64,000 nt of DNA from Octopus vulgaris (Eukaryota). The DNA lies in assembly GCA_951406725.2 (NCBI GenBank), contig OX597821.1, positions 117,242,001 through 117,306,000 of the forward strand, written 5' to 3'. The position numbers were made by a program, and so were the translations under genes. Under the pieces are notes generated by a model. The model ran no database searches, was not told the DNA's origin, and saw only the letters and a program-made list of their open reading frames with translations. Below are positions 12,382 through 25,700 of this stretch, in pieces; within the stretch, counting starts at the first letter, position 1, and every line of letters begins with the position of its first letter.

Positions 12382-12952
12382 CAGTTTGGTAACAGGGTAA
12401 AAGGAAATCTCTTTAAATGAGTTTATTTTAGTATTTGAGGGGAGGGGAAAATATAAGGAAAATATTTAAGACTTAATTCTTGTACATTTTTTGTTAGCGT
12501 TTGACTTTTCATGATGCTGTTAGTGCGTGTGAGTGTGTGTGTGTTTGTGTAGTTGATGATGTGTGTGTGTGTGAGTGTGTGTATGTGTGTGTTTGTGTAG
12601 TTGATGATGTGTGTGTGTGTGAGTGTGTGTATGTGTGTGTATGTGTGTTTGGTGTGTGGTGTGTGTGTGTGAGTGTGTGTGTATGTTTAGGGCAGCCTAT
12701 AATAAAACTATTGACTATTGGGTGTTAGTAGTAGTTTTTAATGAATTAAAATTTAGTTTACGATTCCAGAGGAATGGTGGTGGTGGTGGTGGATGTGGGG
12801 CGGGTGGCGGAAGGGAGCAGCGTTGGAAACATTTTCTAATTTTAATCATTTCTTTTTCCTGCTTCTTCTCTTTCTTTCTCTCCATTTTTATTCTGCTTTC
12901 TCTTTTTCTTTGGACTTTTCCTTCTTTTCTTTTTCCTTCTTTTCTTTTTCCT

Positions 12953-12996
<44 letters not shown>

Positions 12997-13004
12997 CCAT
13001 GGAT

Positions 13005-13675
13005 GACTGTGATGATGGTGGTGGTGGTGGTGATGACGATGGTTGTGATAGTGACAGTGGTAGTGAAGATGGCAATGATGGTGGTAATGATGGTGGTGGT
13101 TGTGATGGTGGTTGTAGTGATGATGATGATGATAATGGTTGCGGTGGTGGTGAGTGATGGAGGTGGTGATGGTAGTGGTGATAGTGGTGGAGGTGATGAT
13201 GGTGATGGTTGTGGTGGTAGTGGTGCTGGTGATGGTTGAGGTGTTAGTGGTGGTGATGATGGTCGAGGTGGTTGTGGTAGTGGTGATGGTTGTGGTAGTA
13301 GTGGTGATGGTGGTGGTTGAGATAGTGGTGGTGGTGGTGATGGTTGAGGTAGTTGTAGTGGTGGTGATGGTTAAGATAGTGGTGGTGGTTGAGGTAGTAG
13401 TGGTGGTGGTGATGGTTGTGGTTGAGATAGTGGTGGTGGTGGTGATGGTTGAGGTAGTTGTAGTGGTGGTGATGGTTAAGATAGTGGTGGTGGTGGTGGT
13501 TGAGGTAGTAGTGGTGGTGGTGATGGTTGTGGTTGAGATAGTGGTGGTGGTGGTGATGGTTGAGGTAGTTGTAGTGGTGGTGATGGTTAAGATAGTGGTG
13601 GTGGTGGTGGTTGAGGTAGTAGTGGTGGTGGTGATGGTTGTGGTTGAGATAGTGGTGGTGGTGGTGATGGTGGTT
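13005..13675. repeat. (GGT/GAT)n triplet array with a 105-111 bp higher-order period
   Basis: GTTGAGATAGTGG recurs at 13316, 13421, 13532 and 13643. Confidence 0.85.
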
Positions 13676-13869
13676 AGATTGATTTTTATCAGAACTATGA
13701 GTTCCACATTTCTGGACTCAGAATTTTAAGTGTTACTATTATTGTTGTTAATAATTGTTAATGAATTTCATTTCTGAATAAACGAACAAAACATCATAAA
13801 ACAATTTAATTGTTAAGACTTTTGTTATTGCAAACAATCTCATTCTTGCTATGGTATTTCTTCAAGCTT

Positions 13870-14540
13870 TAAGCTGGTGAGCTGGCAGAAGTGTTAGCAC
13901 GCCGAGCGAAATGCCTAGCGTATTCGTCTGTCTTTACATTCAAAGTTCAAATAGCGAAAAGGTCGACTTTGCCTTTCATCCTTTCAGGATCAATAAATTA
14001 AGTACCAGTTGCATACTGGAGTCGATCTAATGGACTGGCCCCGTCCCCAAAAATGTTGGATCTTGTACCTAGATTAGAAAAGAATATATTTATTTTAAGG
14101 TGGCAAGCTGGCAGAAACATTAGCATGCTGGGCGAAATGCTTAGTGGTATTTCGTCTGCTGTTACGTTCTGAGTTCAAATTCCGCTGTGGTCGACTTTGC
14201 CTTTCATCCTTTCGGGGTTGATAAATTAAGTACCAGTTATGCACGGAAGTCGATGTAATCGACTTAATCCTTTTGTCTGTCCTTGTTTGTCCCCTCTATG
14301 TTCAGCCCCTTGTGGGCAATAAAGAAATAAAAGAAATAAGAAATGTTAGCATGCCAGGCAAAATGCTTAGCAGTATTTTGTCTTTCTTTACGTTCTGAGT
14401 TCAAATTCTGTTGAGGTCAACTTTAGCTTTCATCCTTTAGGGGTTGATAAATTAAGTACCAGTTGTATACTGAGGTCAATTTAAATGACCAGCTCCCTCC
14501 CCCAAAATTTCAGGCTTTGTGCCTAGAGTAGAAAAGGATA
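13870..14540 (+). mobile_element. Tandem cluster of three Nin/Deu-domain-like tRNA SINEs
   Basis: Head GAGCTGGCAGAA..GTTAGCA, B box GAGTTCAAATTC, core GCCTTTCATCCTTTCGGGGTYGATAAATTAAGTACC resembling the Nin/Deu SINE domain. Many other copies occur (~6000, 9420, 10290, 19450, 24362, 46280, 52745, 58745, 61880, 63255). Confidence 0.8.
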
Positions 14541-17134
14541 TTTCTTCCAATTCAACTAAAGTTGAGAAATTAGGGTTATGAAAAGTTCAAGCTGAAATGT
14601 TAAAAAGTCCACTTCCCAACCACATGGTTTCAGGTTCAGTCCCACTGCATGATACCTTGAGCAAGTGTCTGCTACTATAGCCTCGGGCAAACCAAAGATT
14701 TGAGAGACGGAAACTGAAAGAAGCCCATGTCTTGACAACTGGTGTTGATGTGTTCATGTCCCTGTGACTTAGCAGTTTGGCATAAGAGACTGACAGAATC
14801 AGTACCAGGCTTAGAAAACATCAGTAATGGGTCCATCCATTTGACTAAAAATTCTTCAAGGCAATGCCCCAGTATGGCCACAGTCTAATGACCAAAGTGA
14901 AAGGTAGAAGATACCCTGTACAATCACCTGAGAGAGTACATATACCCACCAAAGTGACAGGCATTAGGGAGGGTGTCCAGCCATAGAGTCCCTGCCAAAG
15001 GGGACATTAGAGCTTGGTATATTTTGGTCTGTTTTGCCATCACCTATCAAATCATCCAATCTATCAGTCGCTTTTGCCAAACTGCTAAGTTACAGGTACA
15101 TAAACACACCAACATCAGTTATAAAGCAATGGTGGGGGGACAAACATAGACACAAATAACAAACACACATAGACATATGACAGGCTTCTTTCAGTTTCCG
15201 TCTACCAAATCCACTCTCACAAGGCTTTGGTCAGCCCAAGGCTATAGCAGAAGACACTTGCCCACTGTATCACATAGTGGGACTGAACCCAGAACCATGT
15301 GGTTGGGAAGCAAGCTTCTTACCACACAGCTACTCCTGATGAGAATGAAGTCCGTCAGGTTCGCACGTTTGCCTGAGTGGCAGTAGGTGGTCAGTTAGTT
15401 AATTAATTGGTTTTCTGGAATTTACGGTTACAAATGGTTAAATCACTTGTTTGAAGATATTTTTTCCTTATCCATTTCTTGTGTCTTGGCCATAACCTCC
15501 ATTGTACATCTGAGAACCCAGCCTGACATTGTTCAACATATCTGTGGCAGCATTAACCCTTACTGCATGGGAGCTGAGTATAGTTGGTTCCGTGTATGTG
15601 AACTTGGAGACATAGAAACCAAGTGAACTCTTCTTTGATAATGGGGTACTTTTATGGAATTCTCCCCATTTCATTTTTACTGACCAACAGAAAGAGATTA
15701 CTAGCACACTGTATATTCTTTTATTTGTTTCAGTTATTTGACTGTGGCCATGCTGGAGCACCACTTTTAATCGAAGAAATTGACCTCAGAACTTATTCTT
15801 TGTAAGCCTAGTACTTATTCTATCAGCTCCTTTTGCCAAACCGCTAAGTTACAGGGACGTAAGCACATCACCGTCGGTTAATAAGTCATCTTGTCAGGGG
15901 TGAGACAACATCTCTGGTGCTGGTGGTGGGTAACAGAGACAACATGGTTAGGAGGCAAACTATTTAGTCTCACAGGTACAAGACAGTCTATCCCCTCATT
16001 ACTGGTGGTACGAAAAAAGGTAACCAACACATTCTGTAAAGACATATTGGAGCAGAGAGGAATCTTCAGTGTTGCCCTAGATAAAACAGCTGTTCTCTGT
16101 ATGACCCTCGGGAATCCAGATGAGATTTTTGGGGTCTGTGGTAAGTTAGAGACCCACAGTAGTATTTTATGGGTTCATGTGAAATTGTGCTTAAAATGTA
16201 TTTATTGCATGAAACAGCGAGGCTTCTTTCTCTCCTGTTTTTACATAGCTCAACCTACACAAATGAATGTGTGAACAACAAAATAGGACTTTTGAAAGAA
16301 GTTTCTATAAAACTAGTTTTAAATGGCTATGGGAGTCCACCAGACTGAAACAGTAATCAAAGGGGTCCATAGATAAAAAAAAAAAATGGTTGAGAACTGC
16401 TGGAGATGAAGCAACCTTTCTTGTGGTGGTGCCAGAAATAAAAGATAGACTGTAGATTCTGTAAAGGGATTGGAAAGAATAAGGGGAACCATGCCAGAAA
16501 CATAGAAGCAAAACGTGGACCTTGATCCATCTAAGGGGCCAGTAACTGTAAGAATTCATTTGATCCAACCTATGCAAGCATAGAATACTGGACCTATAAT
16601 GATGACGAAAATGATGATATTGATGATAATATCATATACATATACTGTTGGAAGCTTGCTTCCTAACCACATGGTTCTGGGCAAGTGTCTTCTGTTACAG
16701 CTGAGGCTATAGTAGAAGCCTTGTAAGTGAATCTGGTAGATGGAAACTGAAAGAAGCCCGTTGTACATATATATGTGTGTGTGTGTGTTCATTTCCCCAT
16801 CACCATTTGACAACCGATGCTGGTCTGTTTACATCTCAATAACATATCGGTTTGGGGAAAAGAGACAGATAGACGAAGTACCAAGCTTTAAAAACAAGAA
16901 CTGGGTCGATTCATTCGACTAAAATTCCTCAAGATGGTGTCCCAGCATGGCAGCTATCCAATGACTGAAACAAGTAAAAAATAAAAGATAAAAGATCCAC
17001 TTTTCCACGTTTGCTTGGGTCAGACTGAATTCACAAAGGCAGATTTTCTATGACTGGATGCCCTTCCTGTTGCTAACCCTCACCTCTCTCTCCAAGCAAT
17101 GTTATATAAACATCATTTATCATGCACATATACT

Positions 17135-17460
17135 GTGAATGCGCATGGTTCAGTGGTTACAGCATCAAGCTTACATTTGTGAAGTTGTGAGCTTGATTCC
17201 TGGTCCGGGCTGCATGTTGTGTTCTTGAGCAAGACACTTTATTTCCTGTTGCTCCAGTTAACGCAGCTGTAGAAATGAGTTGCGACGTCCCCTTGTATCG
17301 GCCCCTTTACCTTTCCCTTGGATAACATCAGTGGCGTGGAGAGAGGAGGCTGGTATGCATGGGCGACTGCTGGTCTTCCACAAACAACCTTGCTCAGACT
17401 TGTGCCTGGGAGGGTAACTTTCTAGGTGCAATCCCATGGTCATTCATGACCGAAGAGGGT
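17135..17460 (+). mobile_element. tRNA-derived SINE (same family as 8236-8575)
   Basis: Colinear with the reverse complement of 8236-8575. Confidence 0.8.
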
Positions 17461-17537
17461 CCCCTCCTCCCCTCATATTGTTTTATCAATTTGCATTTTA
17501 TTTTATAATAGTTTTATATATCAAGTGTCAAAAGAAT

Positions 17538-17547
17538 TTTATTGTAC
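17538..17547 (-). terminator. Candidate UBE2G2 polyadenylation signal
   Basis: Minus strand reads TGTACAATAAA (UGUA next to AAUAAA), about 260 nt after the stop codon, in a U-rich 3'UTR. Another AATAAA lies at about 17691-17696. Confidence 0.5.
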
Positions 17548-17803
17548 ATTAATGGTTTGGTTCTTGACATTATTTCACAGCATTTAACAACATAAAAAGA
17601 ACACAAACAAAAGAAACAGGAATATATAAAAAAAATGAAAGAAATAAACAGTAAAATAGGTTTTATATTAAATTTCTCTAGAAATTTAGTTTTATTTACC
17701 AAAAATGCATTAAATATCAAGTTGATTTTTCAACAAGACAGAAGAAGAAAGATATTTTCAAACAAAGGCAGGAAGAAGAAAAAGAAATGTCGTTAATATT
17801 TCT

Positions 17804-17916
17804 TCAAAAACCCAAGGATTTTGCAACAGTTTTACGCGCTATGCTGTTGAATCTCTGACGGTCTTCTCGCCATGTTTTGGCAGCATCAACGTTGGCTGCA
17901 CTCTCGTCATTTGGTT
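17804..17916 (-). CDS. UBE2G2: UBE2G2 last coding exon
   Basis: ttacag| acceptor; 113 nt; encodes EPNDESAANVDAAKTWREDRQRFNSIARKTVAKSLGF then TGA. The four exons total 455 nt; adding a 43-nt exon 1 would give 165 aa. Confidence 0.95.
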
Positions 17917-18017
17917 CTGTAATAAGAAACAAATAAATATACAGAGAAAAAAATTGAATTATAGAACTGACAGCAACAATATTATCATCAATTTATCAAT
18001 TTACTTTAAGCGCACGT

Positions 18018-18052
<35 letters not shown>

Positions 18053-18470
18053 CACAACCAGCACGACAGACATACAAACAGCAAATTTAAGTATTTCTCC
18101 AAAGACTGAAAAAAAATGATGAACAGCCTTAATCAATTTTTGACACTTATTGTGTTTGTGTGTATATACGTATATACATTATATGCATACACATACATGT
18201 ATTTATGCATACACACACACATATATACATACGTACATACATATATACACATAAATATATGCACACTTATACATATATATACACACACACATACACATAA
18301 AACATATACATACATATATACATGAACACATATACATACACACACATATATATACCATCATCATTTAACAGCCATTGTCCATGCAGGCATGGGTTGGACA
18401 GTTTGTCTCGGTTGGCATGCTGCACCAGTCTCCAATATACACACATACATATATACATATGTGTGTGTGA

Positions 18471-18531
<61 letters not shown>

Positions 18532-18639
18532 CATACATATATATACATACACACATATATATTTATATACACATACACATATATATATGTATACACACAT
18601 ATACACAAACACACACACACATATTTACATATGTGTATA

Positions 18640-19445
18640 CATATCATCATCGCCATTAAACATCTGTTTCACTTGCTGGCATGAGTTGGATGGTTTGTCA
18701 TGGAGCTGTTCAGACTCCCAGCTGTCTGTTGTGGCATGGATTCTACAGCTGGATGCCCTTCCTAATGCCAACCACTTAACAGAGTGTGCTGGGTGCATTT
18801 TATGTGCCACCAACACGGGTGCTTTTTAAGTGGCACTGGCATCTGAAAGGACACGCTTGTACTTGTGTAAAAGAGTGGTTTTACTCAGCTCAAGTATGTC
18901 TCAAGTACAGCAAATTGCCACACCTCCCAAGACCTTTTCCCACCACTTCATCCCACATCTTCCTGGGCCTACCCCTTCCACAGGTACCCTCCACAATTAG
19001 AGCTTGGCACTTCTTTATGCAGCTGTCCACATCTGCATGCATCACCTAGCCAAACCAGTGCAGTCTTCTCTCTTGCATACAACATCTGATGTTTTTCTCT
19101 TGAATCAATGGATGTACACTGACATTACCCATCCAGCGGGGCATGCTAGCCTCCTTTCAAGCCTTTGGAAGTCCTCTGTAGTCGACACCAGTTTCACTGC
19201 CATGCAGCAGAGCTATATGTACACAGGCATCATATACTCTGCCTTTCACTCTGAGGGAGGGGCCCTTAGTTATACATACATACACAAAGATACACTGTAT
19301 GGGGAGCTAGCGTCTGGCAGACGTGTTTGCAGACGACCACATCTCCGTTTCAAGGATGTGTGCAAATGTGACATGGAGGCTATGAGTACGAATACCAAAA
19401 CCTGGGAGGACATGGCAAGAGACCGTTCCTGCTGCAGACAGATGG
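18640..19445. mobile_element. Two RTE LINE fragments in opposite orientations
   Basis: 18640-19270 is a degraded minus-strand copy of the 3256-4290 family. 19273-19445 (plus) encodes LYGELASGRRVCRRPHLRFKDVCKCDM...TWEDMARDRS (BovB-like RTE C-terminus). Confidence 0.7.
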
Positions 19446-20654
19446 ATGAAAGGTAAAGTTGACCTCGGCAGAATTTGAACTCAGAAATGTAAAGAAAGAC
19501 GAAATACCTATTTCTTTACTACCCACAAGGGGCTAAACACAGAGAGGACAAACAAGGACAGACAAACGGATTAAGTCGATTATATTGATCCCAGTGTGTA
19601 ACTGGTACTTATTTAATCAACCCCAGTGCGTAACTGGTACTTATTTAATCGACCCCGAAAGGATGAAAGGCAAAGTCGACCTTGGTGGAATTTGAACTCA
19701 GAATGTAATGGCAGACGAAATATGGCTACACATTTCGCCCGGTGTGCTAACGTGTCTGCCAGCTCGACGCCTTAATGAACACATACATTTATACACACAT
19801 ACATGCGGTGGGCTTCCACTGTTCTTTTCCAGCAAATTCGTCTCACAGTATTGCTTAACTTGAGGCCACTGCAGAGGCCATTGCCCAAAGTGCTGCTTGG
19901 TAGGATTGTGTACAGAAGTGTAATGAGTTGTATTATTTCATGTTTGATGTCAACTGTAAAAACTGGGGGTGAGATTTATTACCAAGAGAGGAAAGCTGAT
20001 AATAAGTTTGAATATGAAAGGAAACAAATTTTGAACCTAAGCTTAACATAAATTTTGGGTGCAGCTTAAACATGAGTAAATATGGTATTTGTTTGTGAAA
20101 CAAACAGCTTAACCACATACATACATTGAGTCTAGGACATTAACCTCCATCGACAATAGCTCCACCAAAGACAATTACCCCTGTGGACAACAGATGATGA
20201 TTTAAAATGTCTTTATATATTGGAGAGGGGGTAACTGTCCTAGGGGGTAGTAGTTGTCGGAGGGAATTGTCGTACGGGGGGGGGGGGGTTATTGTCTTGA
20301 TATGCATACATTTCCTATTTACCTTTTACCTGTTTCAGTTATTAGACTACAGACATACTGGGGCACCACCTTGATGAATTTTTAGACGAATGAATTTGAC
20401 TAAGTTACAGGGGATGTAAATAAACCAACTTTGGTTGTCAAGCAGTGGTGCGATACCAACACAGACACACACACAAGCTAGGCTTCTTTCAGTTTCCTTT
20501 TACCAAATCCACTCACAAAGCTTTGGTTTTATCTTTATTTGACAGAGTTGGTCCAAGGTTCCACACAGTTGGGACTGAACTTGGAACCATGTGGTTGGGA
20601 AGCCAACTTCTTACCACTCAGATAACTACAGTACTCTGGAAAGTAATTTCTCAC

Positions 20655-20795
20655 CTGCTAACATACTGACAACAGAGAGAAGGATTTTCTCAACACTTTG
20701 TACTGGACTCCACCTTTCAGCACTGGTCTCATATCCCATGGGGTCGTCTCCAGGTGCATGAAGAATTGAGATACATACACGGCCGTCAACATAAA
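20655..20795 (-). CDS. UBE2G2: UBE2G2 coding exon 4 (catalytic Cys and acidic loop)
   Basis: tttgcag| acceptor and |GTGAG donor; 141 nt; encodes [47 protein letters not shown], including the Ubc7/Cdc34-type acidic loop. Confidence 0.96.
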
Positions 20796-20880
20796 CTGCA
20801 AAAGCAGAAGAGAATCACAAGCATTTAGAGAGAACACACAAAAGAAAAAGAAAAACCATGCCAACATGGTTTTAATAATG

Positions 20881-20929
<49 letters not shown>

Positions 20930-21039
20930 CAGAAAATAAAATAATGTTCCAAAAACATTAGAGTTAAACAAGATAGCATCATTTTGGCTGATGTTAAAAC
21001 CTAGCACTAAGTTTTACATAATTCTTTTCTCTTTCTATA

Positions 21040-21930
21040 ATGGCTGTCTAGCAATAGCACAGGCCCTCGGAAATTCTGGGTTGGTGTCTGACATGCTGGA
21101 AGACTACTGGGAGCAAGGCATTCTTAGCGTTTGCTAAAGCATGTCTCTAGGAGAAGGTCACTCTGATATAAAACCAAATATGCAGGGAGAGGCATTGAAC
21201 ATTTTGGGGACCTTTTACTTGCACCTGAAATCATGGTGCTCCCACACTCCTGAGCCCACGACACATAATAGTAGTGGATGTCTGGTCCTGGCTTGTCTCT
21301 GAATCATGTCAGTAGGATGGACAGGGTCGGTGAGGTGGTGTGCAAGCCTTATTGGACTTAAAAGTTCAGATTGTGCAATCACTGGCAAGGTGACAATCTG
21401 AGGTTCAGTTGAGCAGGTTGGTGCTGCAGCAAATATGGACACTGCAGGTGTGTATCCAGGTGAAGCTGACTGCTGCTGCAATAACCTCATGCATGGACAT
21501 TGCTGGCATTTCGTATGGGCAATGGTCAGTGATGGTCTTTCTTGGTCACGAGTAGACAGCCTTCATCATCATCATATATATATTTTCGTGTGCACAGTTT
21601 GTGACAGACCCTGCCTTTCTTTTGCTCAGCCTGAATCTCATTTGCAGACCCATGGAAAACGACCCCCCACCAACTATTCTGTCTGTACGTCTGCACACAC
21701 CTTACAATGCCGTGTATGCCAGAAGGTCTGCAAATCTAAAAGAGGCCTCAAAACATATTTTAAGATCCACAAAAATCAGAACTTAGCTGTAGCTCTTGGT
21801 GGTTCAAACCAGATATGCAATCTATGTGGCTGTCTTTTCAGAACATTGTCTGGTTTAAAAAGCCACATCAGATGCCATGATGGTTCTAAGGTGGTCAAAC
21901 TCTGCATTAGAAGTAGACAACCACCACTAC
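21040..21930 (+). mobile_element. Probable internally deleted RTE-type element ending in three C2H2-like zinc fingers
   Basis: CTAGGAGAAGGTCACTCTGATATAAAACC resembles RTE 5'UTRs. The 3' part encodes CTVC..HLQTH, CRVC..YFKIH and CNLC..GLKSHIRCH. Confidence 0.5.
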
Positions 21931-22243
21931 CATATATATATATATACACACACACTCACACATATGTGTGTGTGAACAACTGAAAGAAGGTAGCACTCAA
22001 TACACTTGACAGGTGCTGCATATACTTTTAACAGCAGTCTGATTCAGCTCCACCTGGCTTGGGGTGATAACAGAAGACACTTGCCCAAGGTGGCACAGAA
22101 TGGGATTGAACCTGAGATTACATGGTTGAGAAGCAAGCTTCTAACCCACACAGCCACGCCTGTGCCTATAGGAAAATATTTAAATAGTTATTTGTTGAAA
22201 CCTTGCTGAGATTCATTTTGATTTTACTTTTCATGAAGGTTAA

Positions 22244-22446
22244 CCCTTTCGTTACTGTATTTGTTTTGAGATGCTCTTTGTTTCATTCAATTAATTTTAA
22301 ATATAACAAAGAATTTAGTAAAAGAACTTAGATATCATTAAATTGTGACTAAGGTTTGATGGAAGATTTTAATTCAATACTTATGAAAGTAAGACATTTG
22401 TACTATAGAGCCAGAGGTAGATTTGGCCGGATTGGTATCAAAAGGG
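22244..22446. mobile_element. piggyBac-type MITE
   Basis: TTAA|CCCTTTCG ... AAAAGGG|TTAA; a second copy lies at 47763-47982. Confidence 0.8.
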
Positions 22447-22661
22447 TTAATAAAATAAGTATTAATAACATGTGAATCAGTTAATTAATTACAACCTCTG
22501 ATACCCAAAACTAACTAGGACTTGGTGAAGAGAAGTCAAAAAGTTAATTAGTTTTAACATTTGTTAACACTTACAGAAAATATTTGCAGAGGCATGCATA
22601 TATTTCAGATTTCTTTTAATATAAATAATAACGACATTGATAATTAAAACCGACGACTTAC

Positions 22662-22780
22662 TGTTAGGGTGAAAAATTTCACTGTTAAATTTCATTTTTG
22701 GAGGACTTAAGGGATAATCTGGAGGAAACATGAGTCGAGTTAAAAAGACGCCACCTTCAAAACAAGTACCTTCAGGACCC
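22662..22780 (-). CDS. UBE2G2: UBE2G2 coding exon 3
   Basis: ttccgtcaag| acceptor and |GTAAGT donor; 119 nt; encodes GPEGTCFEGGVFLTRLMFPPDYPLSPPKMKFNSEIFHPN with the YPxxPP and HPN E2 motifs; phase matches exon 2 (AT+G = Met). Confidence 0.96.
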
Positions 22781-22913
22781 CTTGACGGAAAAATGGAAAA
22801 CAAAGAAGAAAAACAAGAGGACACTTTAATAATGACATTACTGAGGAAAGTAACTTCATACACAATAATCTGAGTTTAAGATTAACAGTATAATTTCAAC
22901 TATTTTATTGTAC

Positions 22914-22951
<38 letters not shown>

Positions 22952-23166
22952 GTACTACTCTATTATTTGTTTCGGTCATTTGACTGTGGGCATGCTGGAG
23001 CACTGCCTTTAGTCGAGCAAATCAACCCCAGGACTTATTCTTTGCAAGCCCAGTACTTATTCTATCAGCCTCTTTTGCTGAACCACTACATTATGGGGAC
23101 GTAAGCACACCAGCATTGGTTGTCAAGCAATGTTGAGGGGACAAACACAGACACACACATGCGTAT

Positions 23167-23222
<56 letters not shown>

Positions 23223-23465
23223 GGCTTCTTTCAGTTTCTGTCTACCAAATCTTTGGTCGGCCCGAGGCTATGGTAGAAGACATTTGCCCACGGTGCCACG
23301 TAGGCATAGGAGTGGCTGTGTGGTAAGTAGCTTGCTTAGAAACCACATGGTTCCGGGTTCAGTCCCACTACATGGCACCTTGACCTTGGATAAGTGTCTT
23401 CTACTATAGCTTCGGGCCAACCAAAGCCTTGTGAGTGGATTTGGTAGACGGAAAGAAGCCCATTG

Positions 23466-23500
<35 letters not shown>

Positions 23501-23869
23501 GTGTGTATATGTTTGTTCCCCCAACATCGCCTGATAACCAATGGTGGTGTGTTTATGTCCCTGTAACTTAGCGGTTCAGCAAAAGTCACTGATAGAATAA
23601 GTACTCGGTTTACAAAGAATAAGTCATAGGGTCGATTTGCTCGACTAAAGGCACCACTTTTTATTTAACAATTCTTCCCTATGGTCATCATCACCATCAT
23701 CATTGTTGTTGTTTAATGTCCGCTTTCCATGCTGGCATGGGTTGGATGGATTGACGGAGGGCTGGCAAGCCAGAAGGCTGCATCAGGCTCCAATCTTGAT
23801 CTGGCAAAGTTTCTACAGCTGGATGCTCTTCCTAACACCAACCACTCCGAGGGTGTCAATATGACAAAT

Positions 23870-25270
23870 TCAAAGCAGTTCTTATCTGTATAGTGGTTTT
23901 CATATGTGTTGTGGTTCCCTTGTACTTCATGATACAGCCCTTTGTTATATCTTTCTTTAACAACTATTTGTATATAAACAAGTCAAAATGCATGACTTAT
24001 TTGATTTCCAAAGAAGACAAATTGTTCGTTTGCAGATGGCTGGAGCTTCATTCACTAAAACTGTTGAATTGTTTAATGTTTTAAGAGGTAAAGTTTCTAA
24101 ATTCATGGCATTCCAAAATCAGAGTAGAACTATCTTTGGCAAGTATAATTTCAGATGGAAGTCAAAAGCTCACAGAGAAGGACTGCAGAATGGTGTCTAA
24201 AAACTATTGAACTATGGCAGCGAAAGTGACAGCAGAGCTAAACCACAATGGAAACTGTTTGTTGTGACCTTCAAAACAATGGATACCATTTGCGTTGCAG
24301 TTACTAAATCTCTCCTGTCCCCTATTGACATTGGTAATCAAGAAAATGGTATCTAGACTATAAGGTAGCGAGCTGGCAGAAACGTTAGCATGCCAGGCGA
24401 AATGCTTAGCGGTATTTCGTCTGCTGCTACGTTCTGAGTTCAAATTCCGCCGAGGTCAACTTTGCCTTTCATCCTTTCAGGGTCAATTAAATAAATACCA
24501 GTTACGCACTGGGGTCGATATAATCGACTTAATCTGTTTGTCTGTCCTTGTTTGTCCTCTCTGTGTTTAGCCCATTGTGGGTAATAAAGAAACAGGTATC
24601 TAGACTATCAGAAGTAGTCAATGGCTCAGTGGAACAATGTCTTCTCTGATGAACCATTATCCACTCTGTTTCCCACTTGGGACAGGTTTATGTTTGGAGA
24701 AAACTCAAAGAAAACGGCAACCCAGATTGTTTGGTCCCCAACTGTGAAGCATAGAGGTGTTTCAGTGGTGATTTCAGCCGACACATCATGGAATTCTCTG
24801 GCTACTTTTGTTGTTTCAGATGGTAGAGTGAATGCTAAAGATCATCCGAGAATTTTGGCTAATCACGTCCATCTTGTGGTGCAAACATTGTTCTCTAACA
24901 GAAGCACAATCTTCCAGGAATAATTCACCAACTCACATGGCTAATGCTATTCAACATTGGTAAGAGGACTACAAAAGTGAAGCAGACCACTTAGAATGGT
25001 GCATACAACCACTAGATCTCAATATTATCAAACATTTACAGTGCATTTTAGAGCAGCAAGTGAAAAACCACTCCCCTTTGCCATCTTTACTGAAAGAACT
25101 AAGGCAGGTTTTACTTGGAGAATGGCTCAACATTTCCCTAACAACCATTCAGAGCCTGTACTCATCAATTCCTCAACTTATTAAAGCTGTGATTAATGTC
25201 AAAGGTCGACCAACTCTGTATCAAATAAAAGAAAAACTTCTAAGAAAGTGCTTCCATCATTTTGTCTAAT
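23870..25270 (+). pseudogene. Degenerate Tc1 transposon (frameshifted transposase) with a nested SINE
   Basis: DFQRRQIV..AGASFTKT; WNNVFSDE; PTVKHRGVSV; IFQ-DN.PTH; PLDLNIIKHL; L..EWLNI..IQSLYSSIP..IKAVINVKGRPTLY. These are Tc1 DD34E-type motifs spread over several frames. Confidence 0.85.
24362..24594 (+). mobile_element. Nin/Deu-like SINE with a 14-bp TSD
   Basis: GGTATCTAGACTAT at 24348-24361 and 24595-24608. Confidence 0.88.
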
Positions 25271-25295
25271 CATATATGTATATAATATATATATA

Positions 25296-25453
25296 TAGGT
25301 GCAGGAGTGGTAAGTAGCTTGCTTACCAAAAACATGGTTCTGGGTTCAGTCCCACTGTGTGGTACCTTGGGCAAGTGTCTTCTACTATAGTCTCAGGCCA
25401 CCCAAGTCTTGTGAGTGGATTTGAGAGATGGAAACTGAAAGAAGCCCACCGTG

Positions 25454-25488
<35 letters not shown>

Positions 25489-25700
25489 ATACATGCATGT
25501 GTATATGTTTGTGTGTCTGTGTTTGTCTTCCCAACATCACTTGACAACCGATGCTGGTGTGTTTATGTCCCAGTAACTTAGCAGTTTAGCAAAAGAGACC
25601 GATAGAATAAGTACTAGGCTTACAAAAGAGAAGTCCTGGAGTCGATTTGCATGACTAAAGGTGGTGCTCCAGCATGGCTGCAGTCAAGTAAAAGAATATA
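25296..25700 (+). mobile_element. Abundant tRNA-derived SINE with an internal (TA)n tract (representative copy)
   Basis: GGTAAGTAGCTTGCTT..CATGGTTCTGGGTTCAGTCCCAC..CCTTGGGCAAGTGTCTTCTACTATAG..(TA)n..GATAGAATAAGTAC..CCAGCATGGC. Many copies occur on both strands (e.g. 3070, 8950, 14600, 16650, 23300, 29565, 36250, 38150, 51270, 60070). Confidence 0.85.

Noticed and set aside
12715-13729. 330-aa Thr/His-rich mucin-like ORF and the antisense Val-rich ORF
   Set aside because: This is a triplet-repeat array that stays open on both strands, with no signal peptide, splice context or domain.
15468-15640. Non-repetitive-looking 98-aa minus-strand ORF
   Set aside because: Fragments in different frames (VSKFTY.., GFSDVQWRLW) resemble a decayed RTE LINE, and there is no splice structure.
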